Assembly: GCA_051877975.1 (NCBI GenBank)
Contig: JBJEJK010000057.1
DNA length: 64,000 bases
Origin: Anaerotignum sp.
GTDB taxonomy: Bacteria > Bacillota > Clostridia > Lachnospirales > Anaerotignaceae
Direction: 5' to 3' (one strand)
In this document: in pieces, positions 49,541-59,212 of the stretch
Position numbering within the stretch: position 1 is the first letter of the stretch
Layout: each line of letters begins with the position of its first letter
Program-made: the position numbers and the translations under genes
Notes under the pieces: generated by a model
What the model was told of the DNA's origin: nothing
Databases searched by the model: none
What the model saw: the letters and a program-made list of their open reading frames with translations, nothing else

Positions 49541-49894
49541 ATGGCAAGAGTAAAAGGCGCGCTGAACGCTAGAAAAAAACATAAAAAAGTACTGAAGCTG
49601 GCTAGAGGCTACCGTGGTGCTAGAAGCAAACAGTACAGAGTAGCAAAACAGTCTGTAATGAAAGCAATGGCATTCGCATTTGCCGGCAGAAAACAGACAA
49701 AGAGAGAATACAGAAGCCTGTGGATCGTAAGAATCAACGCAGCAGCTAGACTGAACAATATTTCTTACAGCAAACTGATTCATGGTCTGAAAGTAGCTGG
49801 CGTAAACATCAACAGAAAAATGCTGGCTGAACTGGCTGTATCTGATCCCGCTGCTTTCACAAAACTGGCTGAAACAGCAAAAGCAAATATCTAA
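49541..49894 (+). CDS. rplT: 50S ribosomal protein L20
   Basis: MARVKG...[30 protein letters not shown]. Confidence 0.97.
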   Translation: MARVKGALNARKKHKKVLKLARGYRGARSKQYRVAKQSVMKAMAFAFAGRKQTKREYRSLWIVRINAAARLNNISYSKLIHGLKVAGVNINRKMLAELAVSDPAAFTKLAETAKANI

Positions 49895-49916
49895 TTCATT
49901 TTAATAAATGAAACAT

Positions 49917-49946
49917 GAAAGGCTTCCTTTTGAGGGAGCCTTTTTC
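49917..49946 (+). terminator. Intrinsic terminator
   Basis: GAAAGGCTTCC...GGGAGCCTTTTT. Confidence 0.75.
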
Positions 49947-49986
49947 TTTCTATTTTTCTTTCTATAAAGAAAGGAGGGAATCGCTT

Positions 49987-50904
49987 TTGGAAACTGTTTT
50001 CGTCAAAGCCTTTGGTTTTTTATTTATGATTGCACTTGGCTTTATTTTAAAAAGAATTAGATTGTTTTCTTTGGGCGACAGTGAGTTTCTCAGTAAATTG
50101 GTACTAAAGATTACATTGCCTATGGCGATTATTTATAATTTTCAGGGATTGGAGCTGAACCACAGCTATTTAATGGCTATCGGGGTTGGTTTTGGGGTTC
50201 ATGTTGCTGCAATTGCCGTAGTGCTTTTGCTGACGCGGAAAAAATCCCCTGCTCATAGGGCGTTTTACATTATCAATACGTCAGGCTATAATATTGGTCT
50301 TTGTACGCTGCCCTATATGTCCAGTTTTTTTGCGGCAGATGCCGTAGCGTTGGTCTGCATGTTCGATGTGGGCAATGCCATCATGTGCTTTGGCCTAACC
50401 TTTACCATTGCTATGATGATTGCAAAAGGGAAGGAGGGGGTTAATGGGAAGGAAATTTTAAAGACACTGTTTTCTTCCATGCCTTTTGTGACCTATCTGG
50501 TGATGATCCTGCTTTGTGCAGGAAAAATCCAGCTGCCTGAGCCTGTTTATACGGTTGCGGGGATGATTGGGCAGGCCAATGCTTTTCTGGCAATGTTGCT
50601 TATCGGTATCCTTTTTGAGCCAAAGATCAATAAAAGTGAGTGGAAGGATATGGCAGGGGTATTTTTGCTGCGCATGGCCTTAGGTATCGTTTTTGCGCTG
50701 CTGCTCTATCATTTCCTGCCTGTGCCGTTGATGTATCGGCAGATTTTAGCAATCATCGTCTTTTCACCTATTCTCAGTGTGGCACCTATCTATACGGAAC
50801 GCTGCGGCTACAATCGTTCTGTGGCAGCAGTCTTGAATTCCTTTATGCTGCCCTTTAGTATGGTAGTGATGACTTTATTGCTGATTTTTCTAAAGGTATA
50901 TTGA
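49987..50904 (+). CDS. AEC-family (auxin efflux carrier-like) transporter
   Basis: TTG start after AAGGAGG; K.V.KITLP, GYNIG...LPY, FDVGN, N.FLAMLLIG; about 10 TM. Confidence 0.8.
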   Translation: METVFVKAFGFLFMIALGFILKRIRLFSLGDSEFLSKLVLKITLPMAIIYNFQGLELNHSYLMAIGVGFGVHVAAIAVVLLLTRKKSPAHRAFYIINTSGYNIGLCTLPYMSSFFAADAVALVCMFDVGNAIMCFGLTFTIAMMIAKGKEGVNGKEILKTLFSSMPFVTYLVMILLCAGKIQLPEPVYTVAGMIGQANAFLAMLLIGILFEPKINKSEWKDMAGVFLLRMALGIVFALLLYHFLPVPLMYRQILAIIVFSPILSVAPIYTERCGYNRSVAAVLNSFMLPFSMVVMTLLLIFLKVY

Positions 50905-50924
50905 ACAAAAAGAAAGCCCGGATA

Positions 50925-51839
50925 TTAAAATCCGGGCTTTTTGTGTGTACAGAAACCGGAAAGGTATTTTTCAACAGATTCTGTAAAGCGTTTCATGGCC
51001 AGAGAAACCCATTTTTGCCGATGATATAAAACCTGCAGATCCATACGGATGTCATAGCCTTCTACAGAAAAAAGCTTGATCTTTCCTTCCTGCAGAGCGG
51101 AACGCAGGCGATAATCCGGTAAAAGAGAGACACCGAGATTCTGCTCTGTAAAATAGAGGATACAGGTGCTGTTAGCAATTTCCTGCATGCGATTTACTGT
51201 TGCACCCAATGCCATTGTTGTTTCATCAAAGGCCTGTCTGTAATTATTGTTTTTTTCTGTTAGGAAAAGGGTTTCCTGCATCAACCGTTGGGGTGGGATA
51301 TTTTCCGCACCGGCAAGGGGATGATCTGCGGCAGCGAAAAAAGGAACGGTACAGGTTTTGGAATAGACTGTCTGCAAAGCGGGACGGTAAACAGGGCGAT
51401 CCAATAACAGAATGACATCCAAAATACCTTTTTCCAATTGTTCATATAATTCCAGAGTCGTTCCGAGGCTTACTTCCGCAGAGACCTCTGGATACTTGTT
51501 AAAATATTCTTTCATCAGAGGAGGAAAAAAGGAACTAGCCACAGATTCCAAAATGCCAATGCGGAGCACACCGCAGGGAACATCATTTTCAGATACAGAT
51601 TCCAGAGCTTCTGCCTCCAGCTTCAGCATTTCATTGGCGTAGGCAAGGAAGGTGCGGCCTCTTTCAGAGAGTGTCACCCGTTTACCGATGCGGTCGAATA
51701 AATCTACACCTAATTCTTCTTCTAACTGCTGGATTTGGGTAGTAATGGTGGATTGGGCATAGCCCAATGCCTCTGCAGCCTTGGAAAAATTCTCAAACTC
51801 TGCTACTTTGATGAATGATTTGATATTGCGAAGCTCCAT
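50925..51839 (-). CDS. LysR-family transcriptional regulator
   Basis: NFSKAAE.LGYAQSTIT.QIQ.LEEELG..LFDR HTH plus substrate-binding domain. Confidence 0.95.
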   Translation of the reverse strand: MELRNIKSFIKVAEFENFSKAAEALGYAQSTITTQIQQLEEELGVDLFDRIGKRVTLSERGRTFLAYANEMLKLEAEALESVSENDVPCGVLRIGILESVASSFFPPLMKEYFNKYPEVSAEVSLGTTLELYEQLEKGILDVILLLDRPVYRPALQTVYSKTCTVPFFAAADHPLAGAENIPPQRLMQETLFLTEKNNNYRQAFDETTMALGATVNRMQEIANSTCILYFTEQNLGVSLLPDYRLRSALQEGKIKLFSVEGYDIRMDLQVLYHRQKWVSLAMKRFTESVEKYLSGFCTHKKPGF

Positions 51840-51980
51840 ATCAGTTCCTCCTTTTGCATTCTGATTCTATCTTACGAAGAAGGAGCCGAAAAGGCAAGAA
51901 GAATTTTGGTTGAAACCGAATGAAATGTTTCCGTTGAAAAGACATCGGTATTTGTAGTATAATACTGGAAATGAAGGGAG

Positions 51981-52547
51981 ATGGACAACGTGATAGGCGA
52001 AAAAATTAAAGCAATCCGCATGGAAAAGGGAATTACAGCAAAAGATTTGGCGGAAAAAGCAGAGGTTACACCGGGTTATATCTCTCAGATTGAAAGAAAC
52101 CTCATTAGTCCTTCACTTTCCGTATTGATGCGTATTGCAGAAGGCTTGGAAATTCCGCTGGTCTCCCTGTTTTCTCAGGAAGAACAGGAAGAAGTAACTG
52201 TGATCACAAAGGATAAACGAACAAAGATCCAGTTTGCTGATATCAATATGGAGTACCAGTTCGTAACACCCTATAGCCGTACTAAAAATACTTGCACACA
52301 AATGGAAGTGCTTTGTTTTCACCTTGGGCCCAAAAGCTGGGGCAGCACTATTGTGCAGTATCATGAGGAGGCTGGGGAATGTACGCTTGTCTTAAAAGGT
52401 ACACTGGAATATCATATCGGCGATAAAATTTATACACTTCATGCGGGAGACAGCATCTATGTGCCTCCCAAGACATATCATCAGCTTTATAATCCCGGCG
52501 AGGAAGAAGTAGAAGCTGTGACAGCCATTTCTCCTGCACTTTACTAA
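51981..52547 (+). CDS. XRE-family HTH regulator with C-terminal cupin domain
   Basis: LAEKAEVTPGYISQIERNL.SPS; cupin HEE..E...VL.G...GDSIY.P....H. Confidence 0.92.
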   Translation: MDNVIGEKIKAIRMEKGITAKDLAEKAEVTPGYISQIERNLISPSLSVLMRIAEGLEIPLVSLFSQEEQEEVTVITKDKRTKIQFADINMEYQFVTPYSRTKNTCTQMEVLCFHLGPKSWGSTIVQYHEEAGECTLVLKGTLEYHIGDKIYTLHAGDSIYVPPKTYHQLYNPGEEEVEAVTAISPALY

Positions 52548-52684
52548 TACTAAATTCAGTCCAGCAGAATTCGACAGAATTCTATACTGGGCTGTTATTT
52601 TTTTCCTAAAATTCACGATAAGTGTATAAAATAGCTATATTTTTTCTGATAATTTAAATATACTAAAAAATATTTAAAAAGTTA

Positions 52685-52736
52685 TTGACAGACAAGATTT
52701 GCAAGAATATAATATAGCTAAATTAAATTTAATTTA
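52685..52736 (+). promoter_or_regulatory. Consensus SigA promoter with an 18-bp perfect palindrome at the start site
   Basis: TTGACA-17-TATAAT (52685-52713); TAAATTAAATTTAATTTA (52719-52736). Confidence 0.7.
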
Positions 52737-52826
52737 TTTATATTTGGTTTCAACAAAAGATAAAGGTCGACAGAAGATAAAAAGACATTGTAGAATGACA
52801 AATGAGCTTTGAGGGAGGGAAAATCT

Positions 52827-53927
52827 ATGAGTATCTTAACATCAAAAAAATTCCAAAAATACTTTGTTCCCGGTATTGTTTTCCAGTCCTGCGTTATTGC
52901 TGGCGGCTACGGCACAGGCCGTGAATTGGTGGAATATTTTATGGGATACGGCCCCAAAGGGGGTATTTTAGGGATGTGTATCGTATCCCTGTTGGTATGG
53001 TCTATCATCTGTGCGGTTTCCTTTGCCTTTGCACAGATTTTTAAAAAATACGATTACAAAAGCTTTATGAAAGAATTGATGGGACCTGGCTGGGTTATTT
53101 TTGAAATAGCGTATATCTGCTTTATCGTTATCGTGCTGGCAGTTGTATCCGCTTCTGCCGGTTCGATTCTGCATGAATTGTTCGGCTTGAATAAATGGAT
53201 TGGTGTCATTGGGATGTCTGTAGCAGTATTTGCACTGGTTATGAATGGCTCCAGTCTGATTGAAAAAGTGCTGTCCGCATGGTCTTTCGTGCTATATGGT
53301 GTATATTTCCTGTTTTTAGTTCTGGTATTTGCAAATTTCAGTGACCAGATTGCAGGGAATATTGCTTCTGTTCCTGTAACAGGTAACTGGGTAGTGGGTG
53401 GTTTCCAGTATGCATTTTACAATCTGGCTATCATCATTGCTGTTCTGTATACCATTAAACACAGCGAATCGACTAAGGATGCAGCGATTGCCGGTATCAT
53501 CTCCGGTTTCATCGGTATTTTGCCTGGTATCATCCTGTTTATTGCCATGTGTGGTTTTTATCCTGTTATCATCGATCAGGAATTGCCAATTGACTTTATT
53601 CTGTCTCAGATGAATATGCCTTGGCTGCGCTATGTTTTCCAGATTGTATTGTTTGGTACATTGATCGAAACTGGTTCTGGTCTGATTTACTCCATTACAG
53701 ATCGTATTGATGAAGCATTCAAGAATAAGGGCAGGGAAACACCGAAATGGACAACACCTGTAGTTGCAGTTGTTTTGCTGGCAGGTACTACAGCGATTTC
53801 CTCCTTTGGGCTGACAGGCCTGATTGCAAAAGGGTACGGCACACTGGCGTGGGTAATGTTCATTGTATATGTAATCCCTATTCTTACATTGGGCTTGTAT
53901 AAAATTTATAAGGCTAAAAAAATTTAA
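52827..53927 (+). CDS. YkvI-like (APC-fold) membrane protein, probable amino acid transporter
   Basis: FQS.VI.GGYGTGRELVEYF, YAFYNL, GTLIETG.G, LIAKGYG; about 10 TM. Confidence 0.75.
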   Translation: MSILTSKKFQKYFVPGIVFQSCVIAGGYGTGRELVEYFMGYGPKGGILGMCIVSLLVWSIICAVSFAFAQIFKKYDYKSFMKELMGPGWVIFEIAYICFIVIVLAVVSASAGSILHELFGLNKWIGVIGMSVAVFALVMNGSSLIEKVLSAWSFVLYGVYFLFLVLVFANFSDQIAGNIASVPVTGNWVVGGFQYAFYNLAIIIAVLYTIKHSESTKDAAIAGIISGFIGILPGIILFIAMCGFYPVIIDQELPIDFILSQMNMPWLRYVFQIVLFGTLIETGSGLIYSITDRIDEAFKNKGRETPKWTTPVVAVVLLAGTTAISSFGLTGLIAKGYGTLAWVMFIVYVIPILTLGLYKIYKAKKI

Positions 53928-54062
53928 CGTGAATCAACCGAATTTCTGTTGACAAATTTTTTCAGAGTACTATAATAAATTCTAAATTGTTTTTATCTAA
54001 AAACATGAAACACAAAAGAATTTTTGACGCAATAAGTCAAAGAAAAGTGAGGAGTGGTATCA

Positions 54063-55409
54063 ATGGCTTTGAATACTGAAAAATGCAACGCTTTGGTTGA
54101 AAGGGATAAGAAGGTTATTGCCCCTACGCAGCACTTGTCTTATTATCCTATGGTAATTAAAAAAATCGATCAGGATGTGATTTACGACGAAGATGACAAT
54201 CAGTTCATCGATTTCCTGTCCAGTGCATCTTCTCTGAATCTGGGCAGCTGCCATCCTGTAGTAACTGCAGCGGTAAAAGAACAGCTGGATAATTATTCTC
54301 AGTATACAATTGCCTATACATACGGCAAAAAAAGTATTGAATATGCAGAAAGACTGACTTCCGTATATCCTGGTGGTGTTCCTGCCAAGATCGTTTTCGG
54401 CAACTGTGGTTCCGACGGCAACGATGCTGCGGTAAAATTCGCAAGAGCTTATACAGGCAGAAGCAAAATCATTACATTTATCAATGCTTACCATGGCAGC
54501 ACATATGGTTCTATCTCCATGTCTATGGTAACAACACGTATGCGTGCAAAAATGGGCCCTATGCTGCCTGATATCTATTGCTTCCCTTACTATGATGCAT
54601 CTTATGATGATGAAACATGTGAAAAAGAATGTATCGCAGATATCGAAAGAGCATTTGCAACCTATCTGCCTGCAGATGAAGTTGCAGCAGTTATCATCGA
54701 ACCTGTTCAGGGTGATGCAGGGCTGTTGGCTGCACATCCCATCTTTATGAAAAAGCTGTATGATCTGTGTAAGAAACATGGTATCCTGTTTATTTCCGAA
54801 GAAGTTCAGCAGGCATTCTATCGTACAGGCAAATTCTTTGGTATCGAACATTTTGATATCATTCCTGATGGTATCATCATGGGGAAATCCATTGGTGCTG
54901 GTTTCCCTCTGGGCGGCTTCATGGCAAGAGCGGAAATCATGGATTGCCTGCCTGCACCTGCACATCTGTTTACACTGGGCGGCAACGCAACTGCTTGTGC
55001 AGCCGGTGTTGCAGCTTTTGACTATATGCAGTCTGAAGAATTCCAGAAAATCCTGGCTGAAAATACAAAACTGATGCAGGAATGCCTGGATGATGTATGT
55101 GCCACATTCCCTGATGTTGCTACCGGCTTAAGAGGGATCAATACTTCCAGAGGTATCGTTATTACAAAGAAAGATGAAAATGGCAACGATGTTCCTGATG
55201 CAACAGGTACATTTAAGATTCTGTACAGAGCATATGAAAGAGGCCTGCTGGTTATTTCTCTGGCAGATAATATTCTGAGAATCCAGCCTCCTCTGAACAT
55301 CAGACCTGAAAATCTGAAAAAAGGTTTCGAAATTATCAAAGCATCTATTCAGGATTATCTGAATGGGGATATCCCTGATGATGTAATGAAATTCCGCGCT
55401 GGTTGGTAA
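54063..55409 (+). CDS. Class-III PLP enzyme, probable amino acid racemase/epimerase (Ile 2-epimerase-like)
   Basis: DFLSSASSLN, GSDGND..VKFARAYTGR, YHGSTYGS, EPVQGDAG, GKS, PAPAHLFT, QPPL, terminal GW. Own promoter TTGACA-16-TATAAT at 53949-53976. Confidence 0.8.
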   Translation: MALNTEKCNALVERDKKVIAPTQHLSYYPMVIKKIDQDVIYDEDDNQFIDFLSSASSLNLGSCHPVVTAAVKEQLDNYSQYTIAYTYGKKSIEYAERLTSVYPGGVPAKIVFGNCGSDGNDAAVKFARAYTGRSKIITFINAYHGSTYGSISMSMVTTRMRAKMGPMLPDIYCFPYYDASYDDETCEKECIADIERAFATYLPADEVAAVIIEPVQGDAGLLAAHPIFMKKLYDLCKKHGILFISEEVQQAFYRTGKFFGIEHFDIIPDGIIMGKSIGAGFPLGGFMARAEIMDCLPAPAHLFTLGGNATACAAGVAAFDYMQSEEFQKILAENTKLMQECLDDVCATFPDVATGLRGINTSRGIVITKKDENGNDVPDATGTFKILYRAYERGLLVISLADNILRIQPPLNIRPENLKKGFEIIKASIQDYLNGDIPDDVMKFRAGW

Positions 55410-55440
55410 TGAAAATCTTTTTCACAAAAGAATAATGATA

Positions 55441-55477
55441 AAAAGAGCCGCTCCGGTTTACCGGGCGGTTCTTTTTT
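55441..55477. terminator. Bidirectional terminator
   Basis: AAAAGAGCCGCTCCGGT-tt-ACCGGGCGGTTCTTTT between convergent genes. Confidence 0.75.
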
Positions 55478-55494
55478 GTGTACATCGGATAAGA

Positions 55495-56748
55495 TTATTT
55501 GCAAAGAAGAAGGGAAATATCGTTGACATTGGTACCTGTAGGGCCAGTGATCAGAAGGGCATCTGCTTCTGCCAAAGCCCTGTTGGAATCATTTTCTGCC
55601 AGAATGGCAGGGATAGAGATCCCTTTGTTTTCTAAAATAGACTTCGTATTGCCATCTACAATGCCGCCGGCGGCGTCTGTAGGTCCATCGGTGCCATCGG
55701 AGCCTGCTGCTGCAATCACAACATTTTCCATGCCGGCAATACTTTCGGCTGCGGAAAGGGCAAACTCCTGATTTCTGCCGCCTTTGCCTTTGCCTGTGAT
55801 GCGGACGATGGTTTCACCGCCGCAGATGATAGCACAAGGCGGCTTTATAGGCAGGCCATCTTTCTGAATGGTTTTTGCGATGGAGGCCAGAAATTTTCCT
55901 GCTTCTTTGGCTTCGCAATCCAGCATGTTTGTTAAAATCATAGGAGTATAGCCGAGCTGTTTCGCTGTCGAGGCTGCGTCTTGGCAAAGCTGGGTTACGC
56001 TGCCGGTGATTTCCATAGTTACGTTGGAAAGAGATTTTGGCGTTTCTTTGGCAAGCTGGGTCCGCATTTCGGCTGTCAGCTGCAAGTTGTATTTTTTCAC
56101 GATATCGAAGGCTTCTTTGGAAGTAGATGTATCGGCGCAGGCAGGGCCGGAAGCAATGGAATCGGGTCTGTCCCCCAAGATATCGCTCAAAGCAATACAA
56201 AAGACATTGGCGGGAGCACAGAGTTCTGCAAATCTGCCACCTTTTACAGCGGAGAGATGTTTGCGGATGGTATTGATTTCTACAATATCTGCGCCGCATT
56301 TTAAAAGCTGGTCAGTGATATCCAGAAAATTTGCCAAGCTGAGGCTGCCTGCAGGTTTTTCAAATAGGGCAGAGCCGCCTCCGGAAACCAGAAAGAAAAC
56401 AGTATCCTTTTCGTTTAGATCAGATACGGCTGCAATGATTTTCTTTGTCCCTTGGATGGTATTTTCATCAGGGAGGGGATGCCCTGCTTCCAGAATGGTA
56501 AAACCGGGGATATCACCCTGAGAATGATGATATTTCGTTAAAACGATGCCTGTATCAATTTTATGGGGAATATTTTCCGCCGCGGCCTTGGCCATGTTCC
56601 ATGCGGCTTTGCCGATGGCAATGACGATGACTTTCCCCTGAAAAGCAAAATCTTTTCCGCAAATGGCTTTTTTTACTGCTTCATCGGGCAGAGAAGCTTC
56701 AATTGCATCGAGAATAATTTTTTTTGCATCAGATAACATCGGATTCAT
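55495..56748 (-). CDS. Glycerate kinase, MOFRL/class II
   Basis: GKAA..MA, AGHP.PD, SGGGSAL, RKHLS.VKGG, GGET, GGRNQE, DGTDG, GPTGTNVND. Confidence 0.92.
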   Translation of the reverse strand: MNPMLSDAKKIILDAIEASLPDEAVKKAICGKDFAFQGKVIVIAIGKAAWNMAKAAAENIPHKIDTGIVLTKYHHSQGDIPGFTILEAGHPLPDENTIQGTKKIIAAVSDLNEKDTVFFLVSGGGSALFEKPAGSLSLANFLDITDQLLKCGADIVEINTIRKHLSAVKGGRFAELCAPANVFCIALSDILGDRPDSIASGPACADTSTSKEAFDIVKKYNLQLTAEMRTQLAKETPKSLSNVTMEITGSVTQLCQDAASTAKQLGYTPMILTNMLDCEAKEAGKFLASIAKTIQKDGLPIKPPCAIICGGETIVRITGKGKGGRNQEFALSAAESIAGMENVVIAAAGSDGTDGPTDAAGGIVDGNTKSILENKGISIPAILAENDSNRALAEADALLITGPTGTNVNDISLLLCK

Positions 56749-56866
56749 TTCTAATAACACCTCTTTGGTATTTCGTTGGATTTTTTATTAGTGTATCATA
56801 AGAAAAAAGAGAAGAAAAGGGACAAAGAGAATACCATTTTCAGAAAAGATTTTATTTTTGAATACG

Positions 56867-56951
56867 AAAAAAGCACCTAGGGAAAGGTGCTTTTCAGTAA
56901 AAAGGGGAGGGTATGTATACTATGTAATGTCTGTCCTTTCTCTTAAGGACA
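56867..56951 (-). ncRNA. Candidate small regulatory RNA (~85 nt)
   Basis: Minus strand: -10 TAAGAT, 5' hairpin UGUCCUU-aagaga-AAGGACA, CCCUCCCCUUUUU tract, terminator AGCACCU..AGGUGCU plus U-run; four 11-bp-phased repeats upstream. Confidence 0.6.
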
Positions 56952-57164
56952 TCTTTATCTTAGCTTTTCAATATGAATTGGGTATGGCTGAAATGTGAAC
57001 AATCTGTAAACAAATCAAAGAAAATAGTTTAGCCCATAGATTTACCTTGGCTGTTTATATGGACAGGCGGATTTCTGAGGAAAATACATTGAAATTCCAA
57101 AAAAATGGGATGTTTTCTATGGATCGATTTTGTGATACAATGATTTGCAGAAGGAGTGATGCAA

Positions 57165-57656
57165 ATGTTTGGAAAACAGGAAATAAAAGCATTTTTAGAA
57201 GAAAAAGGAATCCCTTTTGAATGGGTAGAGCATAAAGCGGTATATACAATTGAGGAAATGCAGGAGCTTGGATTGGAAGATATGGAGGATATCGCAAAGA
57301 ATCTTTTCCTGCGGGATCAGAAGGGCAAACGCCATTTTCTGATCGTTATCCGTGCCGATAAACAGGCAAACCTGAAAGAACTGGGAGAAAGGCTGGGCAT
57401 TGGGAAGCTGTCCTTTGCTTCCGAGGAACGTCTGGAAAAATATATGAAATTGAAAAAGGGCGCAGTGACTCCCCTTGGTGTGCTGAATGATGAAAATTGT
57501 GCAGTAGAAGTTTTCTTAGATGAAGATTTCCTGAAGATGAAGAAGATCGGGGTACATCCCAATGAAAATACAGCTTCTGTTTATCTGGCAACAGAAGATT
57601 TGCTGCATATCATCCGTGAACATGGAAACCCTCTGGAAATCGTTTCTTTTGCGTAA
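57165..57656 (+). CDS. YbaK/ProX (PrdX-like) aminoacyl-tRNA deacylase
   Basis: EH.AVYTIEE, KNLFLRD.KG, LSFASEE.L, GAVTPLG, HPN.NTAS. Confidence 0.9.
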   Translation: MFGKQEIKAFLEEKGIPFEWVEHKAVYTIEEMQELGLEDMEDIAKNLFLRDQKGKRHFLIVIRADKQANLKELGERLGIGKLSFASEERLEKYMKLKKGAVTPLGVLNDENCAVEVFLDEDFLKMKKIGVHPNENTASVYLATEDLLHIIREHGNPLEIVSFA

Positions 57657-57764
57657 GTTTCCCATAAAAATCGTTGAGAAAGGCCTGCATTTGTGTTATA
57701 CTAAAAAATACTTGTGAAAAGAGTATCTTTTTGCAAAATGAACACAGTTTGAGAGGAAAAAACA

Positions 57765-59201
57765 ATGGAAATCAAAGCTGGAACTGCTGTCAAGCCCAGT
57801 GATCTGGAACTGGAAAGACAGCTGGAATATATTCGGGCCATTCGCAGGCAGAATGATGCTTTCGAAGCGGAAAACGGCCGGAAAAAGAAATTTTACTCTC
57901 TGGCCATGGGATGCCAGATGAATGCCCATGATTCTGAAAAGCTGGAAGGCATGCTTTCGGCCATGGGCTATGAACGGACAGAGGCAGAAAAAGAAGCAGA
58001 TTTCATTATCTATAACACCTGCTGTGTCCGGGAAAATGCCGAGCTGAAGGTATACGGCAAGCTGGGCTGGCTGAAGCATTACAAAGAAACCAAAAACCCG
58101 GATGCTGTCATTGCCCTGTGCGGGTGTATGATGCAGCAGGAAACGGTTCTGGCGACGCTGCGTCAAAAATACCGTCATGTGGATATCGTTTTTGGCACCT
58201 TTAATCTGTACAAGCTGCCCGAATTGGTGGCAACTCGTATGGAAACAGGCGAAACGGTTTATGATATCTGGCAGGAACAGCATGAAGTGGTGGAAGATCT
58301 GCCGGCGATCAGGCATTTTCCTTATAAGGCTTCCGTTAACATTATGTTTGGCTGCAACAATTTCTGTTCTTACTGCATCGTGCCCTATGTGCGGGGCAGA
58401 GAACGTAGCCGTACCCCGGAGGATATATTGGCAGAGGTACGGAAGCTGGCAGCGGATGGCGTAAAGGAAATTATGCTGTTGGGTCAGAATGTAAATTCTT
58501 ATGGAAAGAATCTGGAAACTCCCGTTTCCTTTGCAGAACTGCTGCGGATGGTAAACGAGGTGGAGGGGATTGAACGGATCCGTTTTATGACTTCTCATCC
58601 TAAGGATCTTTCCGATGAATTGATAAAAGCGATGGCGGAATGTGATAAGGTCTGCAAATATCTGCATTTGCCGGTACAAAGCGGCAGCAGTCAGATTCTC
58701 AAACGTATGAACCGCCATTATACAAAGGAATCCTATATGGAGCTGGTACGCAAGGCGAGAGAGGCTATGCCTGGTATTACGCTGAGCACCGATATTATTG
58801 TAGGGTTTCCGGGCGAAACAGAAGAAGACTTTCAGGAAACGCTGGATGTCATCCGTCAGTCTCGCTACAGTACAGCATTTACTTTTATCTATTCCAAGCG
58901 GACAGGCACCCCTGCGGCAACCATGGAGGATCAGGTGCCCGAGGATGTGGTAAAGGATCGTTTCGAGCGGATGCTGGATGTGCTGAATCCTATTGTGCAT
59001 GAGGTGCATCAGGAACAGGTGGGCAAGGTGCTGACTGTGTTTGCGGAAGAAATGAGCAAACAGGATAAATCCATCTTGACGGGGCGTGCTGACAATAATA
59101 TGCTGGTGCATTTCCCTGGTACAGAAGATATGATCGGTCAGATGATTTCCGTTAAAATCATCGATAACAAAACATTCTATTTAATTGGTGAAAGGATTTA
59201 A
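57765..59201 (+). CDS. miaB: tRNA-i6A37 methylthiotransferase MiaB
   Basis: GCQMN.HDSE, NTCCVRENAE, radical SAM motif CNNFCSYC, HLPVQSGS, TRAM domain. Confidence 0.96.
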   Translation: MEIKAGTAVKPSDLELERQLEYIRAIRRQNDAFEAENGRKKKFYSLAMGCQMNAHDSEKLEGMLSAMGYERTEAEKEADFIIYNTCCVRENAELKVYGKLGWLKHYKETKNPDAVIALCGCMMQQETVLATLRQKYRHVDIVFGTFNLYKLPELVATRMETGETVYDIWQEQHEVVEDLPAIRHFPYKASVNIMFGCNNFCSYCIVPYVRGRERSRTPEDILAEVRKLAADGVKEIMLLGQNVNSYGKNLETPVSFAELLRMVNEVEGIERIRFMTSHPKDLSDELIKAMAECDKVCKYLHLPVQSGSSQILKRMNRHYTKESYMELVRKAREAMPGITLSTDIIVGFPGETEEDFQETLDVIRQSRYSTAFTFIYSKRTGTPAATMEDQVPEDVVKDRFERMLDVLNPIVHEVHQEQVGKVLTVFAEEMSKQDKSILTGRADNNMLVHFPGTEDMIGQMISVKIIDNKTFYLIGERI

Positions 59202-59212
59202 GGTGAAAAAGT

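Noticed and set aside
56899-56927. Plus-strand strong RBS followed by micro-ORF ATG TAT ACT ATG TAA
   Set aside because: RBS spacing is too short for the first ATG, the second is start-stop, and it lies just after a terminator with no plus-strand promoter. The minus-strand sRNA reading explains all the elements.
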